A stretch of 64,000 nt of DNA from Gammaproteobacteria bacterium (GTDB lineage Bacteria > Pseudomonadota > Gammaproteobacteria > UBA4575). Position 1 is the stretch's first letter. Every line of letters starts with the position of its first letter. This document shows positions 42,188 to 51,445 of this stretch, piece by piece. The position numbers and the translations under genes were made by a program. The notes beneath the pieces are model-generated. The model had not been told where the DNA came from. It saw only the letters and a program-made list of their open reading frames with translations, and ran no database searches. The stretch lies in NCBI GenBank assembly GCA_965215055.1, contig OZ244046.1, forward strand, positions 169,138 through 233,137. The letters run 5' to 3'.

Positions 42188-42805
42188 ATGCAAAAAATCA
42201 TAATCTTTTTTATATTGGCACTTTTGTCTGTGAACGCTGCATGGGCAGGGAGGCTCATGGACCCCGTCGTCGGTGAACCACAAGCCAATGGGTTTAACCT
42301 GGACACAGTCGACGGTGTAGCAATCGACCTGCGTGACTATACAGGCAAGTTTGTATTATTGAATTTTTGGGCCACGTGGTGCCTGCCTTGCCGCGAGGAA
42401 ATGCCTGCAATGAGTAATTTGTACGATCAACTTGCCGATGTAGGGCTGGAAGTAGTAGGGATACACGTTGGCCCCAGCTTGAAGGACGTCAAGAAATTTT
42501 TAGAGAAAGTGCCGGTTAATTTTACAATTCTTATTGACAAGGACATGAGTCTTGTAAACTGGGGTGTTCACGGATTGCCGACTACGTTTTTGATTAACTC
42601 GAATGGTAAACTGATCTACCAAGCCATAGGCGAGCGTCAGTGGGATTCGCCTGAAATGGTAAAGTTCTTGACTGGCTTGATTGCTGATCGTGGGCACGTA
42701 GCAGTTGAAGAATCACCTGCCGTAGTTAAGCAAAGAAAGTCATTTTTTGCTGTTCTCAAGGAGTCCATCGGATGGAATCGTGATCATCGGGAACCCGCCA
42801 ATTAA
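42188..42805 (+). CDS. TlpA/ResA-like periplasmic thiol:disulfide oxidoreductase (thioredoxin family)
   Basis: Signal peptide; thioredoxin motif NFWATWCLPCREEMP. Confidence 0.75.
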   Translation: MQKIIIFFILALLSVNAAWAGRLMDPVVGEPQANGFNLDTVDGVAIDLRDYTGKFVLLNFWATWCLPCREEMPAMSNLYDQLADVGLEVVGIHVGPSLKDVKKFLEKVPVNFTILIDKDMSLVNWGVHGLPTTFLINSNGKLIYQAIGERQWDSPEMVKFLTGLIADRGHVAVEESPAVVKQRKSFFAVLKESIGWNRDHREPAN

Positions 42806-42831
42806 TTTACTCCAGGATTAATATCTGCTGA

Positions 42832-43122
42832 ATGTTACGTGAGGAAGACATAACAGGGCTTGTGCGGGAATATCTTGCAGAACACTTCCCGGGTACGACG
42901 ATTGAGCACTGGCGACAAGAAGGGCAGGAAAGCATACACTTTCGCATCACTGAGAACAAAAATACTTACATCCTGCGGCTCATGGACGAATGCCTGGACG
43001 GCCTTCAAGTCGACGAGGTGAAACCTATGTTGGAGAATTACAATGTCGCACAAATCATGCGTGACATCGGTGATTTTCCCACGGTGGTTACAAAGACCGG
43101 CTGCATTTTCGGGTCACCCTGA
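42832..43122 (+). CDS. hypothetical protein
   Basis: 96-aa ORF with no recognisable motif. An antisense ORF of similar size overlaps it, so coding status is uncertain. Confidence 0.3.
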   Translation: MLREEDITGLVREYLAEHFPGTTIEHWRQEGQESIHFRITENKNTYILRLMDECLDGLQVDEVKPMLENYNVAQIMRDIGDFPTVVTKTGCIFGSP

Positions 43123-43217
43123 CCACTCTTTCGCCTTTATACTTCACAGGGTGCCAACCGTTTTGCATGAGCAAAAGCTAGTTTGCCCATAGCTTAGTAC
43201 GTAAAAAAAGCCGGATA

Positions 43218-43490
43218 CTATTCCGCGGTTGTGGGATCAATCACGGTTTTGATTTGTGAAACTTTATTTGCTGGAAATCCACCTTCTTTAGCGTGCTTTA
43301 ATATTTCTTCTTCATTAGGGGCAATATAAGTGCAATAGACCTTGTCATCCGTCACAAGACTCTCTACCCACTGAACTTGTGGGCCCATGTTCTTAAGAAT
43401 ACTGCATGATTTTTGCGAGATACCCTGTAGCTCGGCAGCACTTAAATTACCTGCACCGGGAATTTCTCGCTCGATGATATATTTTGGCAT
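43218..43490 (-). CDS. DUF4242-like small protein (assignment from memory)
   Basis: 90 aa: MPKYIIEREIPGAGNLSAAELQGISQKS... This resembles the DUF4242 family of about 90-aa proteins. Confidence 0.45.
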   Translation of the reverse strand: MPKYIIEREIPGAGNLSAAELQGISQKSCSILKNMGPQVQWVESLVTDDKVYCTYIAPNEEEILKHAKEGGFPANKVSQIKTVIDPTTAE

Positions 43491-43769
43491 AGTGAAATCC
43501 TCCTGCTATATAGAAGAGTTAAATTGGTAAAGGTTTCAACCAGCTTAAACTTTTTGGCCTTGCATCAATTGCACATAATAATTGAAGCACCTGATATTAT
43601 GCACTATACATTAGAATATGGTAATATCTACTGGCCTGCGAACCACTTTATTCACCCACATATGCGGACTGATATATTAGCTGGCTACGGCTTGGTAGAC
43701 TGAAACACTCATCTTGTTCTAAACAGACCAGTATGCGTAGTTACTCGATGGCCAATTAGGAGTTTATAG

Positions 43770-44123
43770 ATGCCGGAAACCATGATTCTTATTCCAGGCC
43801 GTTCACAAAGTCAGGGAACATCGTTAAATGAAGGCAAACTCAAGGATGAATACTTGAAAGTGACCTCTACCGCTGAGTTAAATGAAGGAGATATGCGACG
43901 TTTGAAGCTCAGTGATGGTGACAAGATTCGCCTGATGACGGAGGTTGGGCAGACCGTTGTGACTTGCAAAAGTAAAAAGAACGAGGACTTGCCGCCAGGG
44001 ATGATATTCATACCTTATGGGCCCCCTTCAAGCCAGCTGATGGGATCAGATACGGGGGCTTCCGGAATGCCAATGTCAAAACACATGCAAGTTGAAGTCA
44101 CAAAAGTGAAAAAATCATCCTGA
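43770..44123 (+). CDS. formylmethanofuran dehydrogenase subunit D-like protein (molybdopterin-dinucleotide-binding-type beta-barrel domain)
   Basis: 117 aa; pattern LIPGRSQSQGTS...GMIFIPYGPP...GASGMPMSKHMQVEVTKV parallels archaeal FwdD (LNTGRT..QG ... GMP.FKGFKV.V). Located directly upstream of fhcB. Confidence 0.55.
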   Translation: MPETMILIPGRSQSQGTSLNEGKLKDEYLKVTSTAELNEGDMRRLKLSDGDKIRLMTEVGQTVVTCKSKKNEDLPPGMIFIPYGPPSSQLMGSDTGASGMPMSKHMQVEVTKVKKSS

Positions 44124-44157
44124 GATAGAGTTCCCGGTAGACATAAGGAAAACTGAA

Positions 44158-45531
44158 ATGGCGGAAACGACACCATCGAAATCAGGGAATAAGCCTGTAG
44201 AGAAAAAAAACATAAAGATTGTCAAGGATGCAACCTGTACTTTTTGCGGTTGTGTCTGTGATGACATGGAGCTTACCGTAGACCTTGATGAGCATCGCAT
44301 TACCAAGGCCAAAAAGGCATGTGTACTGGGTCGGGCATGGTTTTACGAGCACACTTTGGAAGATCGTCCCGTAGTCCTGATTGATGGCAAGGAGGCGGAT
44401 CTGGAGGAAGGTATTGAGGTCGCCGCGCAAGTTTTGGTAAATGCGAAATTTCCAATTACCTATGGCTTAAGTGATTCGCCTTGTGAGGCGCAGCGTGTTG
44501 CGGTAGGCATTATGGACACCATCAACGGCAACATTGATACTACGACCTCCGTTTGCCATGGCCCATCGGGCATGGCTTTTCAGGGCGTAGGTGAAAGTAC
44601 TGCAACGTTGGGTGAAATAAGAAATCGTGCTGACCTGGTAGTCTATTGGGGAGGAAACCCTGCCGAGTCTCATCCTCGGCATTTCACCCGTTACGCCGTA
44701 ACACCAAAGGGAATGTATATTCCAAATGGCAAGAAAGATCGTACCGTAGTCCTCGTTGACGTGCGCAGAACACCTAGCACGCCGGTGGCAGATATATTCG
44801 TGCAGATTAAACCGGGAAAGGACTTTGAACTGCTTTGGGCGTTGCGCGCGCTGGTTAAAGGTAGAAGCATCAATGATAACATTGAAGAAGAAACCGGTGT
44901 TTCAAGAGAACTTCTTGATGATCTGGTGCATCGCATGAAAAACGCGCAGTACGGTGTTCTATTCCTGGGTATGGGGCTGACTATGACAAGAGGGCGCCAT
45001 TTTAACTCTGGTGCCATATACTCTTTGGTCGCAGATCTTAACAAGCATACGCACTTTGTTGCCAAACCTGTACGCGGCCATGGCAACGTAACGGGTGCTG
45101 ATAACGTCGTATCCTGGCAGACCGGGTATCCATTCGGCGTCAATTTTAATCGCGGCTACCCGAGATTTAATCCTGGCGAGTTCACTACGAGCGACGTGCT
45201 TTCTCGCGGAGAAACGGATGCTGCAATGATTATTGCTTCTGACCCGGCATCGAATTTTCCCAAGAAAGCGATTAACCATTTGAAAAAAATTCCAGTTATT
45301 ACCCTGGATGCAAAAGAAACGCATACGACCAGAATTTCTAAGGTGCGTTTTGCCGTGGCAACGTATGGCATCAATACGGGGGGGACAGTGTATAGAATGG
45401 ATGATGTTCCCATCTCATTGAGACCTGCTTTTGATTCACCTTTTCCGACGGATCAGGAGGTATTGGAGGGGATACACAAACGTGTAAAAGAACTGGTCAA
45501 GAGAAGCAGGACAAGAAGGATAGCCGCTTAG
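44158..45531 (+). CDS. fhcB: formyltransferase/hydrolase complex subunit B (FwdB/FmdB homologue, molybdopterin-oxidoreductase fold)
   Basis: 457 aa; N-terminal Cys cluster CTFCGCVCDDM as in FwdB; position within the fhc cluster. Confidence 0.75.
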   Translation: MAETTPSKSGNKPVEKKNIKIVKDATCTFCGCVCDDMELTVDLDEHRITKAKKACVLGRAWFYEHTLEDRPVVLIDGKEADLEEGIEVAAQVLVNAKFPITYGLSDSPCEAQRVAVGIMDTINGNIDTTTSVCHGPSGMAFQGVGESTATLGEIRNRADLVVYWGGNPAESHPRHFTRYAVTPKGMYIPNGKKDRTVVLVDVRRTPSTPVADIFVQIKPGKDFELLWALRALVKGRSINDNIEEETGVSRELLDDLVHRMKNAQYGVLFLGMGLTMTRGRHFNSGAIYSLVADLNKHTHFVAKPVRGHGNVTGADNVVSWQTGYPFGVNFNRGYPRFNPGEFTTSDVLSRGETDAAMIIASDPASNFPKKAINHLKKIPVITLDAKETHTTRISKVRFAVATYGINTGGTVYRMDDVPISLRPAFDSPFPTDQEVLEGIHKRVKELVKRSRTRRIAA

Positions 45532-45597
45532 ATAAACAACTATTTTCTTTATAACGGCTACATTTACCGTAGTTGTTATTTTTAAGAATAATTACAA

Positions 45598-47244
45598 ATG
45601 TCATCAGAATTACGAATCGTCAATGGCCGTGTTTACGACCCCGCCAATAATATTGACGGCAAAATTCAGGACATCTGTATCAAAGATGGCAAAATCGTAG
45701 ATTCCGTCTCGAGTTCCGCCGTTAAAATCAATGCGCATGGCATGGTCGTCATGCCTGGTGCGATAGATATCCATTGTCATATCGCGGGGCCCAAAGTCAA
45801 CCTCGCGCGTAAACTGCTGCCAGAAGATCATCGCCTGGACGTTCATCCCAGGACTGCGGTCACGCGCTCCGGCACCGGCGGCATCGTGCCTTCAACGTTC
45901 GCTACCGGCTATCGCTATGCCACCATGGGATATACCACGGCGATGGAGGCTGCGGTACCCCCGATTACTGCAAGACATGTACTCGAGGAACTGGACGATA
46001 CGCCCGTTATCGACAAGGGTTTTTATGTGCTGCTGGGCAACAATGCATTCCTGTATAAACTTTTGAAAGAAGGGCGTAAAAAAGAGTTCAAAGAGGCTAT
46101 CGCATGGTGGGTCGATTCAGTACATGGTTACACCGTCAAATTGGTGAATACGGGGAGCGATGAACTTTGGAAGGGTCGTAAAAACGCCAATATTACTGAC
46201 GTGAACGAAACCATTGATCATTATGACATTACACCAATTCATGTTATCGAGAGCTTCATTGAAGCCGCGCATGAGCTAGGTTTTCCACATCCTCCGCACA
46301 TTCACTGCAACAACCTGGGCCATAGCGGTAATATCAGCACCACTTTAGACACCATGAAGGCTGCGCAGGGGCGGCGTGTGCATATAGCACATGTCCAGTT
46401 TCACAGTTTTGGAGGAGAGCTGAATAAAAATCCCGTCTCAGGCGCGCAGCAGATTATCGATTACGTAAACGAACATGAAAATATCACTACCGATGTAGGT
46501 CAAGTCATGTTCGGCAAAGCCACTGCCATGACGGCAGATGCCCCGCTGGCCTGGATGTTGCGTGACGTCAAGTTCGACAAGTGGGTTAATGCAGACACAG
46601 AGTGTGAAAGTGGTTGCGGCATCATTCCATTCTCGTACCAGCAGAGCGTATACACGCATACCTTGCAATGGGCCATGGGCCTGGAATTGTTCTTGATGTC
46701 CAAAGACCCCTGGCGCGTATTATTATCGACCGACCATCCCAATGGGGGTTCCTTCATGAACTACCCCAAGCTTGTCAGGCTACTGATGGATAGTGCTTAT
46801 CGGAAAGAGGCCTTAAAGCATGTGAATCAAAAGGCTATCGATAAAACTGCATTATATGATCTTGATCGGGAGTACACACTTAACGAAATCGCGATCATTA
46901 CCCGGGCGGGACCTGCGAGGGCTTTGGGTTTAACGAACAAAGGTCATCTTGGCGTTGGTGCCGATGCGGATATTACGATCTATACCGAGGAAGAAAACAA
47001 GGAAGAAATGTTCAATGCGCCGCGCTACGTGATCAAGGACGGCGTGGTGGTAATTGAAGACCATGAGTTTGCAACTGATCATAAAGGCAAGATACTGCAC
47101 TCAAAACCAGGCTACAACAAAGATATTGCAAAAGAGATCGAACCTTTTTTTGAGAGCTATTATTCAGTTAAATTTAGTAATTACGCGATTGGTGATGAGT
47201 ATCTGCATCACCATGAAGAAATTCCCACCAAGCCCAAATCGTGA
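45598..47244 (+). CDS. fhcA: formyltransferase/hydrolase complex subunit A (FwdA homologue, amidohydrolase fold)
   Basis: 548 aa; amidohydrolase metal-binding HxH (DIHCHIAG) and other FwdA-like blocks. Confidence 0.8.
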   Translation: MSSELRIVNGRVYDPANNIDGKIQDICIKDGKIVDSVSSSAVKINAHGMVVMPGAIDIHCHIAGPKVNLARKLLPEDHRLDVHPRTAVTRSGTGGIVPSTFATGYRYATMGYTTAMEAAVPPITARHVLEELDDTPVIDKGFYVLLGNNAFLYKLLKEGRKKEFKEAIAWWVDSVHGYTVKLVNTGSDELWKGRKNANITDVNETIDHYDITPIHVIESFIEAAHELGFPHPPHIHCNNLGHSGNISTTLDTMKAAQGRRVHIAHVQFHSFGGELNKNPVSGAQQIIDYVNEHENITTDVGQVMFGKATAMTADAPLAWMLRDVKFDKWVNADTECESGCGIIPFSYQQSVYTHTLQWAMGLELFLMSKDPWRVLLSTDHPNGGSFMNYPKLVRLLMDSAYRKEALKHVNQKAIDKTALYDLDREYTLNEIAIITRAGPARALGLTNKGHLGVGADADITIYTEEENKEEMFNAPRYVIKDGVVVIEDHEFATDHKGKILHSKPGYNKDIAKEIEPFFESYYSVKFSNYAIGDEYLHHHEEIPTKPKS

Positions 47245-47262
47245 CGGCCCCTGTGGTTAATC

Positions 47263-48150
47263 GTGAAAATCAACAAGACTAAAATTGTAGATACGTTTGC
47301 GGAGGCCTTCGAGATGTGTGGTGCGCGCATAGTCATCACTGCCGATACCAAGCATTGGGCGCGTGCAGCAGCGGCCTCGATAACCGGCTTCGCGACTTCG
47401 GTAATTCGGTGCAAACTGGAAGCTGCAGTGGAGTGCGAAATACCCGAAGAGGACACACCTGACCGCCGACCTGGAGTTAGTGTCTTGTTATTTACCATGA
47501 GTGAGAAAACCATTGCAGGGCAATTAATCGACCGTATTGGACAGTGTGCAATGACATGTCCGACTACAGCAGCTTATAACGGCTTGAAGTCTGACAAGAC
47601 AGTAATGGTAGGTGGGAAATTACGGTTTTTTGGTGACGGCTATCAGATTAGCAAAGTCATTAACGGACGAAGATTGTGGCGCATTCCGGTCATGGAAGGC
47701 GAGTTCCTGGTAGACGACGTATTTGGCACGTTGCCTGCCATTGGGGGAGGCAATTTAATAATCTTTGGAACGAGCAAAAATATTGCTTTGCGTGCTGCTG
47801 TTGCCGCAGCCAACGCAATGCGCGAGGTAGCAGGTGTATTTTTGCCTTTTCCCCAGGGAGTCGTTCGCTCGGGAAGCAAGGTCGGCTCACGTTACAAGTC
47901 GTTAATTGCTTCAACGAGTGACCCTTACTGTCCCACCTTGCGCTCAATCTCATCCGATACCGTTGTTCCAGACAAGGTGGAATCCGTTTACGAGATTGTT
48001 GTGGACGGCCTGCATGAAGACGCAGTTAAAAAGGCCATGCGCCGTGGCATTCATGCAGCCTCAAGCAAGGGTGCGTTGATGATTACTGCGGGGAACTACG
48101 GTGGTGAGCTTGGGCAATATAAATTCCATTTGCACGAAATACTAAAATAG
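47263..48150 (+). CDS. fhcD: formylmethanofuran--tetrahydromethanopterin N-formyltransferase (Ftr)
   Basis: 295 aa, the size of Ftr, with the Ftr-like N-terminus KIVDTFAEAFEMCGARIVITA; position between fhcA and fhcC. Confidence 0.8.
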   Translation: MKINKTKIVDTFAEAFEMCGARIVITADTKHWARAAAASITGFATSVIRCKLEAAVECEIPEEDTPDRRPGVSVLLFTMSEKTIAGQLIDRIGQCAMTCPTTAAYNGLKSDKTVMVGGKLRFFGDGYQISKVINGRRLWRIPVMEGEFLVDDVFGTLPAIGGGNLIIFGTSKNIALRAAVAAANAMREVAGVFLPFPQGVVRSGSKVGSRYKSLIASTSDPYCPTLRSISSDTVVPDKVESVYEIVVDGLHEDAVKKAMRRGIHAASSKGALMITAGNYGGELGQYKFHLHEILK

Positions 48151-48198
48151 TATTAAAAATAATAAGATATAAAAACTATATAAAGTAATTATTAAAGA

Positions 48199-49017
48199 AT
48201 GAGTGTTACGCTTTTACAATTACACACGCAGCCTGAAGTTCCATTGGAAGCTGAGGCAATAAGCCCTCCTGCTCTGGTTGGGTTGTCCGAGTCTGGTATT
48301 GAACACCTTCAGGTACTGCATGGTAACGCAAAAGCCAAGTTAGGTGATTTTTTCAAGATTACTGGAAGGGGAAGCCCAAATATCCACCTTGAGGGTGATT
48401 TAAGCAATATCAAAATGATTGGTGCAGGCATGTCACAGGGGAAAATCACCATAGAAGGCGACGTAGGCATGCATGTTGGTATCGGGATGTCCGGTGGTAA
48501 GATTTTAATCAAAGGCAACGCCAATGACTGGGTAGGGCCGGAGATGTCTGGTGGGCAGATTATCGTTAATGGGAATGCTGGACACATGATAGGCAGCGCG
48601 TTTCGTGGCCAGTCATCCGGAATTCAAGGTGGAGAGATATTTATTCTTGGTAGCGCCAAAAATGAAATAGGCAACTCCATGCGCCGTGGTTTTATTGCGA
48701 TTGGCGGTGATGCCGGGGATTTTCCCGGCGTAAATATGTTGGCGGGAACCATTATCATAATGGGTAAAATGGGCGTTCGCGCAGGGGCAGGCATGAAGAG
48801 GGGTACAATCGTATCCTTTGAAGAAGCTCCAATGTTGCCCAGCTTCGAGTATTCATGTACATACCATCCCCTGTTTTTACGTTTTTACCTCATCAGGTTG
48901 CAGGAAAATGGGTTTGGGCACAAAATTCGGAACCAGCACTTGAATGGCAAATATAGACGCTATAGTGGAGACGGGATTGAACTTAATCGTGGTGAAGTAC
49001 TGCTATTTTCAGGATAG
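48199..49017 (+). CDS. fhcC: formyltransferase/hydrolase complex subunit C (FwdC homologue; GXGXG repeat beta-helix as in the glutamate synthase C-terminal domain)
   Basis: Repeated G-x-G motifs: GKILIKGNANDWVGPEMSGGQIIVNGNAGHMIGSAFRG. Confidence 0.8.
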   Translation: MSVTLLQLHTQPEVPLEAEAISPPALVGLSESGIEHLQVLHGNAKAKLGDFFKITGRGSPNIHLEGDLSNIKMIGAGMSQGKITIEGDVGMHVGIGMSGGKILIKGNANDWVGPEMSGGQIIVNGNAGHMIGSAFRGQSSGIQGGEIFILGSAKNEIGNSMRRGFIAIGGDAGDFPGVNMLAGTIIIMGKMGVRAGAGMKRGTIVSFEEAPMLPSFEYSCTYHPLFLRFYLIRLQENGFGHKIRNQHLNGKYRRYSGDGIELNRGEVLLFSG

Positions 49018-49101
49018 TGCTCATCTTTTTTGCCTTGCGACATTCGCCACGGTCTCTATGTTATAGTTTAATTGCTTCAGCGATATAGGAGAGAGACACA
49101 C

Positions 49102-49407
49102 ATGACTACGGTTGTAACGGAAAACTGTAAAGGATGTCGTTTCACGGATTGTGTAGCAGTATGCCCAGTTGCGTGCTTTCATTATGACGATGAAATGCTA
49201 TATATTGACCCTGACGTATGTATTGATTGCAGTGCTTGTATTCCGGAGTGTCCGGTTGAGGCAATCTACGAGGAAGATGACTTGCCGGATGGGCAGGAAG
49301 AGTGGGTTGAGATTAACGCCGCGAAGGCCCCTGATTTACCACTGATTGAAGAGACCATGGAACCGCTGCCTGGTGCAGAAGACCGTAAGACGGAACTAGG
49401 CTTTTAG
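49102..49407 (+). CDS. fdxA: 7Fe ferredoxin (Azotobacter FdxA type, [3Fe-4S][4Fe-4S])
   Basis: MTTVVTENCKGCRFTDCVAVCPVACFHYDDEMLYIDPDVCIDCSACIPECPVEAIYEEDDLP is collinear with FdxA. The ORF is open from 49072, but the conserved start is at 49102. Confidence 0.85.
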   Translation: MTTVVTENCKGCRFTDCVAVCPVACFHYDDEMLYIDPDVCIDCSACIPECPVEAIYEEDDLPDGQEEWVEINAAKAPDLPLIEETMEPLPGAEDRKTELGF

Positions 49408-49645
49408 CTATCACACACTACGGCACCTGGTAAGTGCCTGTCCGCTTGCTTTGACAAGTGAAGACGAGTGGTATTCTGGTCATCTTGACCTGAAAAGCAG
49501 TAGCAGAGCGACATCAACAAGTGGGTCGGAAAGGCCTCCCCTCCGCTTTTAGGGCAGGTCTTTTCTTGATGTACAATCCTTGTGTACGTTTGTCCCCTTT
49601 ATCAAGTATCAAACGCAATTTACCAAGTTATTTAGGGATAGTGTA

Positions 49646-51025
49646 ATGAGTAATCTAGGCAGTGCATCAAACCCCCTACGAGTCGCCATCGTAGGAAGCG
49701 GTCCCAGCGGCTTCTATGCTACTGAGGCACTGGTCAAATCTGATCTTGCAGTAGAGATTGACATGATAGAAAGGCTTCCGGCCCCGTTTGGACTGGTGCG
49801 CAATGGTGTGGCACCTGATCACCCCAAACTTAAACAGGCAATTGAAGTGTATAAAAAAATTGCCGAAAACCCCGAGTTTAATTTTATTGGTAATGTAACG
49901 GTTGGGGAAGGCGTGCAGGCAGAGGACTTGCGAAAAACACATCATGCAGTTATCTATACCTGTGGTGCCGAAACCGATCGTAAACTCGGTATCCCTGGTG
50001 AAGATCTGCCGGGCAGCTATACCGCGACGGAGTTTGTAGGGTGGTACAACGGACATCCTGACTATCGGGACCGCAGCTTTGATTTATCACACGAAACCGC
50101 AGTAGTTATCGGCCAGGGTAACGTTGCGGCGGACGTATCCAGGATACTGGCGAAATCCACGGATGAATTAAAGCATACCGACATTGCACAACATGCATTG
50201 GATGCACTGGCTGCAAGCAAAGTCAGGAAAATTTACATAGTAGGTCGCCGTGGCCCGGCACAGGCAAAGTTTGCTTCCAAAGAGCTGAAAGAGTTCCTGG
50301 AAATCGAAAATTGTCGTCCCTACATTGATCCTGTGGAACTGGAGTTGAATGAAACCAGTCAGCAAGAACTCATCGAAAAAGAAGGGCGTGGTGCAAAAAG
50401 GAACGTTGAAGTTTTCCAAAAGTTTGCAGAATCTGAAGACACCGGCAAGCCGCGAACGTGTACTTCAACTTTTTTGAAAAGTCCGGTCCGCCTGGAGGGT
50501 GATGGGCGGTTGGAAAAAGTTGTTCTTGAAATTAACGAGTTAACCGGAGAGCCTTTCAGGCAATCTGCAAAAGGTACAGGCGAGACGATGGAGATAGAAT
50601 GCGGAATCTTATTCCGCAGCATTGGTTACAGGGGCGTGCCTATTTCAGGTATTCCTTTTCACGACCGTTGGGGGACGATTCCGAATGAGGCAGGACGCAT
50701 TACTGCGGAACAGGGTGGCGAAGTGATTTCTGGCTTATATACTGCGGGATGGATCAAGCGTGGACCTTCGGGAATCATAGGCACTAACCGGGCATGTGCC
50801 GTAGAATCCGTGAATTCACTATTGGAAGATATTGACAAGCTCGATGCGGACAAATCAGGTCGCGAGGGTTTGTACAGCATCCTGGATGAAAACAACGTGC
50901 AATATATCAACTACCCACAGTGGCAAAAAATTGACGCTGCTGAAGTCGCGGCAGGGGAGCCCAAGGGAAAGCCGCGTGAAAAATATACACGTATAGATGA
51001 AATGCTGAAGATAGCGAATGGCTGA
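49646..51025 (+). CDS. NADPH:ferredoxin reductase of the FprA/adrenodoxin-reductase type
   Basis: FAD-binding VAIVGSGPSGFYA near the N-terminus and a second NAD(P)-binding Rossmann motif VVIGQGNVAADV; about 460 aa, like mycobacterial FprA. The start is taken at MSNLGSASNPLRVAIVGSGPSG (atg at 49646); the ORF is open to 49580. Confidence 0.7.
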   Translation: MSNLGSASNPLRVAIVGSGPSGFYATEALVKSDLAVEIDMIERLPAPFGLVRNGVAPDHPKLKQAIEVYKKIAENPEFNFIGNVTVGEGVQAEDLRKTHHAVIYTCGAETDRKLGIPGEDLPGSYTATEFVGWYNGHPDYRDRSFDLSHETAVVIGQGNVAADVSRILAKSTDELKHTDIAQHALDALAASKVRKIYIVGRRGPAQAKFASKELKEFLEIENCRPYIDPVELELNETSQQELIEKEGRGAKRNVEVFQKFAESEDTGKPRTCTSTFLKSPVRLEGDGRLEKVVLEINELTGEPFRQSAKGTGETMEIECGILFRSIGYRGVPISGIPFHDRWGTIPNEAGRITAEQGGEVISGLYTAGWIKRGPSGIIGTNRACAVESVNSLLEDIDKLDADKSGREGLYSILDENNVQYINYPQWQKIDAAEVAAGEPKGKPREKYTRIDEMLKIANG

Positions 51026-51036
51026 TATGGCAAGAG

Positions 51037-51441
51037 TTGGCAGGGAGTAAAGAAATGTTCAACGCGCTTAACGTTCCATTTGGGTGTGTAATGTTATACA
51101 ACGTTGTCAAATTGAAAGAAGGTGTTTCCGAAGAAGACGTGCAGCTTGCGTTAGGCGAGATGTGCAATGTTGTCAAGAACACCTATGGTGATGACAAGGG
51201 CGGCTTCATAGGGGGGCAGGTATATAAATTCTCCGGCTTTGTCTCTGATGAAGGTTCAATAGCTTCTAAGAAACAAACGGAAGATCATATAGCTATCGTT
51301 ACCTATTGGCAGTCTTTCGAACAACATGAAAAATCTCATGCAGACCAGGCTTTCAAGGAAAAGTTTGACGCCTTGGGTGAATATGCGAGTGAAACTTACG
51401 AAGTAGGTTATGAAATGCTTTGGCAAGGTGAACCCGAGTAA
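51037..51441 (+). CDS. hypothetical protein, possibly an ABM-like ferredoxin-fold protein
   Basis: 134-aa ORF immediately after fpr; the segment HIAIVTYWQSFEQHEKSHADQAFKEKF resembles the C-terminal half of ABM-domain monooxygenases. Confidence 0.35.
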   Translation: MAGSKEMFNALNVPFGCVMLYNVVKLKEGVSEEDVQLALGEMCNVVKNTYGDDKGGFIGGQVYKFSGFVSDEGSIASKKQTEDHIAIVTYWQSFEQHEKSHADQAFKEKFDALGEYASETYEVGYEMLWQGEPE

Positions 51442-51445
51442 AAGC

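Noticed and set aside
42835-43053. 72-aa minus-strand ORF antisense to the 96-aa hypothetical gene
   Set aside because: The two overlap mutually and neither has a motif. The plus-strand ORF was kept at low confidence only because of its orientation with the upstream operon.
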